The notes beneath the pieces are model-generated. The model was not told where the DNA came from and ran no database searches. It was given only the letters and a program-made list of their open reading frames with translations. A program made the translations under genes and the position numbers. This document shows, one piece after another, positions 1 through 6,736 of a DNA stretch of 41,585 bases. This DNA comes from Nitrosopumilus sp. (GTDB lineage Archaea; Thermoproteota; Nitrososphaeria; Nitrososphaerales; Nitrosopumilaceae). The stretch is taken from assembly GCA_965219345.1 (NCBI GenBank), contig CBDCNE010000001.1, forward strand, positions 1 through 41,585. Direction: 5' to 3'. Numbering within the stretch: position 1 is the stretch's first letter; the number at the start of each line of letters is the position of its first letter.

Positions 1-59
1 GTATCAATTACATTGGTCTGCGTTAAATTATGCGCTAAGTTATTCGAGGTTCTCATCAT
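1..59 (-). CDS. terL: Terminase large subunit, N-terminal part (continues across the junction into 41585)
   Basis: ATG at 59 gives MMRTSNNLAHNLTQTNVID-T, which joins in frame with the open frame entering at 41585 (TCFQPFPHQ...RRYGKT). Confidence 0.8.
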   Translation of the reverse strand, partial: MMRTSNNLAHNLTQTNVID

Positions 60-85
60 TCAAGGCCTCAATGTCAATTATTTTT

Positions 86-679
86 TCATTTTCCTTTGGA
101 GGTTTGGGAAAATCCAGTGTTCACTTGTATGCTCATCACTACTGAACCTGACTCTTTTAGCTTTTTATCGACTTTAATCTCTTCAAATGCATGTTTTGAA
201 AGCTCTAAGAGTGCTTCTTTTCTAAGTTTAGCAATAGCTATTCTTTCTCTAGTAGTAGCTCCTTGTTCCAAATGATTTAGATCATCGATGCTATCGGCTA
301 CTTTGTCTTGATACATTTCCCTACGCATAAGCCTTGCTTCTTTAATGGCTTTGTCAAATTCAGGGTCATTCTTACGCCATCTGTGCAAAATACTTAGCGT
401 TGGCATGTGTGGGAGGGTAATGATTTTAGTGATTGTTTCACCTTTAGAAATTCTTGAAATGATCTCTTCAGCGATAATAGGATTAAAAGGAAATGCCCTA
501 GGAAAGAGGCCTATCTCTCCTGTTTGATGCCTCATTGCTTTTGGTATAAAGCATATTTCCCCGTCTGGTGCCTCGTATCTGAAGTAATTTGCTTTAGAAA
601 ACTCTCCAGGAGCATACCCAGAGAAGCTTTCAACTTGTATTGTTACGACTTTACCTGTAACAATGTCTACTTTTTCCAA
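86..679 (-). CDS. terS: Terminase small subunit (core; probably frameshift-joined to 651..902)
   Basis: IISRISKGETITKI...HMPTLSILHRWRKNDPEFDKAIKEAR resembles the Sf6/P22-type TerS HTH region. It lies directly upstream of terL. Confidence 0.75.
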   Translation of the reverse strand: MEKVDIVTGKVVTIQVESFSGYAPGEFSKANYFRYEAPDGEICFIPKAMRHQTGEIGLFPRAFPFNPIIAEEIISRISKGETITKIITLPHMPTLSILHRWRKNDPEFDKAIKEARLMRREMYQDKVADSIDDLNHLEQGATTRERIAIAKLRKEALLELSKHAFEEIKVDKKLKESGSVVMSIQVNTGFSQTSKGK

Positions 680-902
680 AAAGCCCTGTTTTTTTAGAAG
701 TTCTTATGTAATAACGCTTGTCAAATACAGCTACTGCGTTCTTAGTTTTTTCTAATTCAGCTAGCAAAGAGTCTCTGTATTCTTTTGAAGTAAGTGAGTC
801 GGTAGGTTTAGGAGGTGGAGTGCTCGTTTCTCGCAAAGAAATATCCGAAGAGGAGGAGTTAAGAGTTTTAGGAATAGGAGGGCTAGAATTTCTTCCTGTC
901 AT
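651..902 (-). CDS. Probable N-terminal segment of terS (Pro/Ser-rich)
   Basis: ATG-started ORF overlapping the TTG-started 86..679 ORF. Skipping one T in the run at 678..682 gives continuous KKTGLLEKVDIVTGKVV. Confidence 0.55.
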   Translation of the reverse strand: MTGRNSSPPIPKTLNSSSSDISLRETSTPPPKPTDSLTSKEYRDSLLAELEKTKNAVAVFDKRYYIRTSKKTGLFGKSRHCYR

Positions 903-908
903 ATCTCA

Positions 909-989
909 TTTTATGTCGGCCCATCGGAAGGTCAAGGAATAAAGTATGCGAAACACTCATAAAAACCTTCCGAATTGCGGCCGATAAAA
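909..989 (-). promoter_or_regulatory. Imperfect long stem-loop in the leader of the late operon
   Basis: TCGGAAGGT 924..932 pairs with ACCTTCCGA 965..973; TCGGCC 916..921 with GGCCGA 979..984; TTTTA with TAAAA at the base. Confidence 0.55.
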
Positions 990-1185
990 AATCCAATCAA
1001 AGGCACGCTAGTATCCTCTAACAAAATTTCTTGGGCGGGGGGGCTTCACTTTAAATAAATAATATTTACTTCTCAATAAATAAATAAACTTTACACCCGC
1101 TCAAACAAAAATAATTTACTAACTAATTATTATATATTAAACACTTTCAATTTACATAAATAATATTTGTCTAATCAGCTAAACT

Positions 1186-1263
1186 TGTTCACTAACTAAT
1201 TAACTAATTAACTAATGTTTAATTAGTGTTCACTAACTAATTAACTAATGTTTAATTAGTGTT
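1186..1263. repeat. Nested tandem repeat of TAACTAAT units
   Basis: TGTTCAC(TAACTAAT)3GTTTAATTAG followed by TGTTCAC(TAACTAAT)2GTTTAATTAG, in the AT-rich divergent intergenic region. Confidence 0.9.
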
Positions 1264-1606
1264 TAGCAAATAGTTTTTATTTAATGATAAATGTATACCT
1301 ATTAAATAAAGTATAGTGTTTTATTTTCGCTACTGACGCAAGCTTGCAAAAAATAAACAAGAATTGATTAATCATAGCAATCCTATGATTGACCCCTCAT
1401 ATCTTTTTATACGTATACGTATATGTACATACCCCCCTTTTTAACCCTATTTTTATTTATTTTTAACGTAGAAAAAAAAGTATGATTGTTATGTTTGCTA
1501 TGTATTCTTAAACAATATCAAACACTTACAAAAAACAATTTTTGTTTCCTTTGCGGGTATTGCGATGATTGCGAGTTACACTTTACTTACACTAACGCAC
1601 TAAGAC

Positions 1607-1635
1607 TTGACATATTATTTAAGCTATAGTATTCT
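1607..1635 (+). promoter_or_regulatory. Sigma70-type early promoter
   Basis: TTGACA (1607..1612), 17-nt spacer, TATTCT (1630..1635), upstream of the + strand gene block. Confidence 0.65.
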
Positions 1636-1708
1636 CAACCCAATGCAGCATAATCATAGCTAATCATAGTACTACGCTGCGTTAGAAAGGAAAAAAAGCC
1701 TACGCACA

Positions 1709-1992
1709 ATGGAAAAATATGTAGATATTCTGCTCGACGGAAACAAAATTGACCGTCTCAACACAATCGGCGATGCCTGTCTTGGATTCCCTGACGATTC
1801 CCTGACGAGGATGAGGAATTTCTTGGAAGACTAAGCGGGTGCGTGCTAACCACGCTTGAGGAATTAGTCGCTAGCGATATTGAGAGGCATCCTGATAAAT
1901 TCAAAATAACGTGGGAAGAACTGGAAGGCATGGTCAGCGCGTGCATGGACGATATTTATGAATATGTGGCTGACGAAAAGAAACAAAAATAA
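1709..1992 (+). pseudogene. Acidic ~90-aa early protein disrupted by an 11-bp tandem duplication
   Basis: GATTCCCTGAC occurs at 1785..1795 and 1796..1806. Removing one copy gives an uninterrupted ORF from ATG 1709 to TAA 1992. Confidence 0.7.
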
Positions 1993-1998
1993 CCACAT

Positions 1999-2026
1999 CC
2001 CTAGCCTGTATTTTTGCAAGCTAGGG
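1999..2026. promoter_or_regulatory. Intergenic hairpin
   Basis: CCCTAGC 1999..2005 pairs with GCTAGGG 2020..2026, with further imperfect inner pairing; no U-tract on the + strand. Confidence 0.5.
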
Positions 2027-2067
2027 GCAAAAGTAAAATAAGTTTAATCAAAAAGAAAGGAAAAAAA

Positions 2068-2331
2068 ATGCAAAAAAAGAAAAAACTAAACCCTGAGCAA
2101 GAGATTGACTATGTAAAACTGGCTAACTTTACTGCCCTTGGTATGTTCGATGGACACATAAACTTAAAGGATATTAAAAATTATATTTTTAATAATAAGG
2201 AATGTTTCGGTAGTGAGTTTTTTTACGAAGTCTACCGGTATGAGGGGCATCCTGATGAGAGAGAAGCGCTTCGTCAAGCGGTGATATACCACTGCCCTCA
2301 AGTAAAGAAAGAAAGGAGTAAAATAAAATAA
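2068..2331 (+). CDS. Hypothetical early protein
   Basis: RBS GAAAGGA precedes ATG 2068, which is preferred over the TTG at 2014 inside the hairpin. Confidence 0.75.
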   Translation: MQKKKKLNPEQEIDYVKLANFTALGMFDGHINLKDIKNYIFNNKECFGSEFFYEVYRYEGHPDEREALRQAVIYHCPQVKKERSKIK

Positions 2332-2362
2332 GTTTAATCAATCAAAAAGAAAGGAGTAAAAT

Positions 2363-2851
2363 ATGAGAACAATTAACCAACACAATAAAACAATTAACCA
2401 ACATAAAAAATCAATCCCTGATGAACCGGATACAGTAAGAACATATGATGAACGGGAAGCGATGGATTATTTCCTGTCTGAGGAGTACAATATGTCAACG
2501 ATTGAGTTTCAATTTTGTATCGATGCGGTAGAGAGACATTTTGAATTTGACAGTGTAAGCTCAATTAAAGAGTCGAGATTAGAAGATATAAGGCACGAGT
2601 ATATACTAATGATAGTAAATGACTTACGATGCATGTTTAATGACTCTCTTAACCCTAAGAATATGATAAACCAAGACACTCTGACTCATCTTTTGCAGCT
2701 CCACGAATACATTTTTGAGCCATCAGAGTTAGAGGTTGAGGCTCTCTTAGACATTAGAATTTCTTGCGAAAATAAGCGTGGCTTTACAAGAAAAATAATT
2801 GTGCGCGCAGTAAAAAAATTAAGAAAATGTAGGACACATAACTGTCACTAA
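2363..2851 (+). CDS. Hypothetical early protein
   Basis: 162-aa ORF with AAGGAG RBS; in-frame 21-bp duplication (TINQHNK-TINQHKK). Confidence 0.8.
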   Translation: MRTINQHNKTINQHKKSIPDEPDTVRTYDEREAMDYFLSEEYNMSTIEFQFCIDAVERHFEFDSVSSIKESRLEDIRHEYILMIVNDLRCMFNDSLNPKNMINQDTLTHLLQLHEYIFEPSELEVEALLDIRISCENKRGFTRKIIVRAVKKLRKCRTHNCH

Positions 2852-2875
2852 ACCAAGAAAGAAAGGAAATAAAAA

Positions 2876-3232
2876 ATGAAAAGAATGAAAAGTGAGAGAC
2901 TGAATACAGACGAAAGAAAAGACCTGATATTTTGGACAGACAAGAAATTGTTACAAGCGTATAAATTTACTTGTAAAGTAAATGGTGTTGTATATTATTT
3001 TAGTATTTTATACACTGATCACATGACAAGTTTAGACGGGTTCCATTACAAAGTAAGATGCCAGTCTGAAAATAAAATTATCAACTATAAAATTATCAAC
3101 TACATGAAGTATTTTAAAACTCATAACAGCGCAAGAAGATACTATAATCGTAGGATACTTGACACTATAGAACAGTGTAAGAAACTAACCAAGAAAAAGA
3201 AAAAGAGAAAGGAGAAAAGTAATGAGATTTAA
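2876..3232 (+). CDS. Hypothetical basic early protein
   Basis: 118-aa ORF with AAAGGA RBS; in-frame 15-bp duplication (KIINY x2). Confidence 0.75.
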   Translation: MKRMKSERLNTDERKDLIFWTDKKLLQAYKFTCKVNGVVYYFSILYTDHMTSLDGFHYKVRCQSENKIINYKIINYMKYFKTHNSARRYYNRRILDTIEQCKKLTKKKKKRKEKSNEI

Positions 3233-3530
3233 CGCACAGCCAGCCATAAATAGACTACTGCCTAAACTCTTAAAAGAAATAAGACTACAAAAAAATTTAG
3301 GGCAGAGAGAGACAGCTAAAAAAATAGGGCTTCTGGGTCAGCAATACAGTAACTTCGAAAACGGAACAGGAAGTTTAAGTAACGACCTACTAAAAAAAGT
3401 CATGACTTTGTTTGACTGTCACGACCAAGTAAAAAACTTAATAATCACTGAACTTAAGAAAGATTTAAATGTTTTCTTTGCGAGTAAAGTGAAACAAAAT
3501 AACAACATACAAAAAGAGAAAGGAAAATAA
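3222..3530 (+). CDS. XRE/Cro-CI family HTH regulator
   Basis: LKEIRLQKNLGQRETAKKIGLLGQQYSNFENG matches the HTH_XRE pattern. Confidence 0.85.
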   Translation: MRFNAQPAINRLLPKLLKEIRLQKNLGQRETAKKIGLLGQQYSNFENGTGSLSNDLLKKVMTLFDCHDQVKNLIITELKKDLNVFFASKVKQNNNIQKEKGK

Positions 3531-3531
3531 A

Positions 3532-3732
3532 ATGCTAACTACTATAATATTATCAGCTATCTTCGGATCACATGCTTTTATGTGGCATCAAGACAAGATT
3601 GAGCAGCTGCAACGTGATGCAAAGAAGTGTAAAGGACTTTATAGTTATACAATAACAGGTATTTATCCGATAGCGCATGTTGAAACACACTGCGACACTA
3701 GACCTTTACATAAAATTTTCAACAAAAAATAA
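3532..3732 (+). CDS. Small exported or membrane-anchored protein
   Basis: Hydrophobic N-terminus MLTTIILSAIFGSHA, two Cys, AAGGA RBS. Confidence 0.65.
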   Translation: MLTTIILSAIFGSHAFMWHQDKIEQLQRDAKKCKGLYSYTITGIYPIAHVETHCDTRPLHKIFNKK

Positions 3733-3741
3733 AAAACTCTT

Positions 3742-3773
3742 TACAAGGCTAGCAACATCAAGCTAGCCTTGTA
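3742..3773. promoter_or_regulatory. Perfect 12-bp intergenic hairpin (terminator or processing site)
   Basis: TACAAGGCTAGC - 8 nt - GCTAGCCTTGTA. Confidence 0.65.
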
Positions 3774-3807
3774 TTCTAATTAAAAAATAAACAAGAGAGG
3801 GGAAATA

Positions 3808-4098
3808 ATGAGCGCACAAATACACAAAGAAATAAAAAAAATTCTTACCACTGATGGCTATGGTGAATTGGAATTGCTTCCATTCGTAGAGCCACAAACT
3901 TTAAGTCCTGGCAAAGGGGAAGCCACTATTGAGCTATTACAAGGGCAGATAAAAGTAAAAAAATATGGACGTGTTTTTGAGATAAGAGCTAGCAAACTTG
4001 GCGGATATGAAGCTGTTATCGAAGACTCGCAAGAGTACAGGGTACACAGACACACAACACTTCTTGACTTACTTCAAAGACTAAGAGCTAAAGGGTAA
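3808..4098 (+). CDS. Hypothetical protein
   Basis: 96-aa ORF with GAGGGG RBS. Confidence 0.75.
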   Translation: MSAQIHKEIKKILTTDGYGELELLPFVEPQTLSPGKGEATIELLQGQIKVKKYGRVFEIRASKLGGYEAVIEDSQEYRVHRHTTLLDLLQRLRAKG

Positions 4099-4107
4099 TC
4101 CTATTTT

Positions 4108-4202
4108 TTAAGTGACTGCATAATTTTTAATTATACTTTATTGTGCAGTCACTTAAGGGCTAGTCATTTTTGCAGTCACTTAAAGGCTAGCCCTTTCTTT
4201 TT
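4108..4202 (+). promoter_or_regulatory. Triple 13-bp repeat with overlapping alternative hairpins upstream of the primase
   Basis: TTAAGTGACTGCA at 4108..4120 is inverted relative to TGCAGTCACTTAA at 4144..4156 and 4171..4183. AAGGGCTAG 4155..4163 pairs with CTAGCCCTT 4187..4195, followed by a T-rich tract. Confidence 0.75.
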
Positions 4203-4213
4203 AAAGGAGAGAA

Positions 4214-6736
4214 ATGCTTTTACTATATTCTTTTAATAAGGACAAAAAGAATTTTTCTTTTTTATCCAAGAGCGAGGATGCTTTGACTCCTTATGTGTGG
4301 ATTAAAAAAGTAGAAAGGCAAGGCTTTATTAAAGCCTTAGCTTCTGTGTTTGGAACAGAAGCTAAAAATATTAACTATCATTATACAATATATAATGTAG
4401 ATAAGCCTAGTCGTAAAGCATTTAAACATCAGACTTGCATTGCATTTGACTTAGACCTTGTCGATAAAGCTAAGCTCTTAAATGAGATAGGAGGAAGCTC
4501 TTTTTCCAAAGGCATCCACACATCAGACGATCTACTTTCGTCTATCAGTGAGGCTCTCAAAGGCTTAAGTATTGATGAGGACATGGTCAGTTTGATTGAG
4601 ACAGGCTTTGGCTTTCACGTCTATTTGCATTTGAAAGAAAACTATTTTTCTAAAGACGACATCAAGCTATATAAAAATCCAGTCACTGAACTCATTATTA
4701 ATCTTGAGAATGCCATCAATTCCACCGCCGCCGCCGCCACCGCAAGCAATTTAAAATTCATATGTGATCGCCAGTCTTTTACTAATAACAAACTGATGCG
4801 ACTACCGGGCTCACAGTATATAGAGAATGTTGAGGGAGTTTCGATCCGAAAAGAGTGTAAAATCCTACAGTCTGCAAGCCGAAGCTATGACTTAGCAAGC
4901 CTCACTAAAAAGAAAGAGATTGATGAGTCTCCAGTGTCTGAACTATCAAAAGCATGGGATGATCCTGTGCCTCATCATTCGTTTAATAATAAAGAGATAC
5001 TTAAAGTCTACACTCCTAATGTTACTGCAGTGGAGGAGGGTTGTAACTTCCTTAAATATTGCAAGCTTTATCCTGAATACGTACAAGAGCCTGAGTGGTA
5101 CGCTATGCTAGGGATCGTCGGTCGCTTAGGAACAGAAGATGAGGGCAGAAAGAAAGCGCATGAGTATTCCATTGGACATTCTAAGTACAGTGACAAAGAG
5201 TGTGACTCAAAACTAGAACAGGCCTTAACATCTGCGGGACCTAGAACATGTGAGGGGATAGCTAACATATGGACACAGTCACAAGAAGAGGGAGGATGTA
5301 AGACCTGTCCTTATGTGGGCAAAATCAAAACTCCCTTACTTATTCAACCTGATAATGTGTTGGCCACTGAAGCGACTGGGTTCTGGATACTAGAGCCTAA
5401 AGAGGGAGGAGGCATGACTAATAAAGGTCCCTCTTATGAGGACTTACTCAAGCATTACAATAATTCTCATAGATTTATTGTGAGTGAGGAGTCTAACGAA
5501 TTGTATTTATTTGAAGAGGACAATTTTACATGGCAGAAGCAGAATAGAGATCATCCTAAATGGTTTATGGAAGACTGTATGTCACCGAAGCCAAAAGAAA
5601 ACCACCGCAAAGAATTTTTAAGCAAGATACTTTGCAATAATATTAAGTCAATAGAAAAATATAAAGATAGCAATGCTCGTTATCTTAATCTAAACAACGG
5701 AGTCTTTGATATGGAAGAGAATAAGCTAATCGCTTATAGTGACAATCACTTTTTCTTTAACAGATTAGATTTCAATTTCGAAGTGGAAGCCAGAAGTACT
5801 CTATTCGAAGAGTTTCTTTTGCAGATAGCAAGCGGTTGCTCTGATAAAGCTAACTTACTAAAAGAATATATGGCCTATTGCATTATGGTACCTGATTGCC
5901 GTTTTGAAAAGGGTTTGTTACTTCACGGAGAGAGCGGGCTTAATGGCAAGAGTACTTACCTTAAAATTATATCAAGCCTCATAGATAAAGACAGCTTTCA
6001 GAATGTAGATGTTAAGAATTTTACTAATCCTAATTCGATTATAAAATTACAACACTCACTTGTTAATCTTTCCGAAGAGGTGTCAGAGTTTGACTTGAGA
6101 GGGAGGGAAGCCATCTTAAAAAAATTTATTAGTGGTCAGTATCTTGAAGGTAAACTTTTGTATCATAACACGACTGAGTTTGAGAACAGATGCAAGCTAG
6201 TTATGACTTGCAATTTGCTTCCTGAACTAAGAGAGAGGTCGGGAGGATTAAGACGTAGGCTTCTTGTTGTGAATTTTAAAGAGAGATTTAAAGAGGACAG
6301 AGAATTTTTAAAGTCTTTACTTAGAGAGAAGTCAGGGATATTTAATTCATTGATTGAAGCTAAAGATGCACTGATTAAGAGAGATGGCTTTGAGATTATT
6401 CCAGAGATTGAAAGAGAAATAGAGGAGACCATGCATTTAGATGATCCGATTAAGAATTGGATTGAGTCTAGACTTGAAGAAGACTGGACAATTAATGGCT
6501 CTGGACTAGCTAAATATAGGATCACTTCGAAGCAGATGTGGTCTAGTTTTAAAGAGTATATGGAAGATGCTAATATACAGAAAGCCGATCAAGTTACTGA
6601 AGGTAAATTTTTTAGGAAGATTAAAAATAAAGAAATGTATTTAGGAAAGAACCATAGAGATACGACATATAATAATAAACGCTTTCAAGGATACGTAGGG
6701 TTAAAGATTATTGAAGATGAGGAGGCTATGTTTTGA
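4214..6736 (+). CDS. Primase-helicase (AEP primase + PriCT-like/Cys region + D5/P4-type SF3 helicase)
   Basis: AEP motifs IAFDLD, TGFGFHVY, LMRLPGS; EPEWYAML; D5_N-like LNLNNGVFD; Walker A GESGLNGKST; MTCN and RRLLVV. Confidence 0.9.
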   Translation: MLLLYSFNKDKKNFSFLSKSEDALTPYVWIKKVERQGFIKALASVFGTEAKNINYHYTIYNVDKPSRKAFKHQTCIAFDLDLVDKAKLLNEIGGSSFSKGIHTSDDLLSSISEALKGLSIDEDMVSLIETGFGFHVYLHLKENYFSKDDIKLYKNPVTELIINLENAINSTAAAATASNLKFICDRQSFTNNKLMRLPGSQYIENVEGVSIRKECKILQSASRSYDLASLTKKKEIDESPVSELSKAWDDPVPHHSFNNKEILKVYTPNVTAVEEGCNFLKYCKLYPEYVQEPEWYAMLGIVGRLGTEDEGRKKAHEYSIGHSKYSDKECDSKLEQALTSAGPRTCEGIANIWTQSQEEGGCKTCPYVGKIKTPLLIQPDNVLATEATGFWILEPKEGGGMTNKGPSYEDLLKHYNNSHRFIVSEESNELYLFEEDNFTWQKQNRDHPKWFMEDCMSPKPKENHRKEFLSKILCNNIKSIEKYKDSNARYLNLNNGVFDMEENKLIAYSDNHFFFNRLDFNFEVEARSTLFEEFLLQIASGCSDKANLLKEYMAYCIMVPDCRFEKGLLLHGESGLNGKSTYLKIISSLIDKDSFQNVDVKNFTNPNSIIKLQHSLVNLSEEVSEFDLRGREAILKKFISGQYLEGKLLYHNTTEFENRCKLVMTCNLLPELRERSGGLRRRLLVVNFKERFKEDREFLKSLLREKSGIFNSLIEAKDALIKRDGFEIIPEIEREIEETMHLDDPIKNWIESRLEEDWTINGSGLAKYRITSKQMWSSFKEYMEDANIQKADQVTEGKFFRKIKNKEMYLGKNHRDTTYNNKRFQGYVGLKIIEDEEAMF

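Noticed and set aside
1758-1946. Minus-strand 62-aa ORF
   Set aside because: Ser-rich antisense shadow of the disrupted + strand acidic gene.
2363-2851. Fifth full member of the Xis-like paralog family
   Set aside because: EREAMDY resembles KEAEEY, but the MMxY and LDxWA motifs are missing.
2876-3232. WGR-like domain in this ORF and in 10997..11377
   Set aside because: Only a vague pattern resemblance; the WGR signature is absent.
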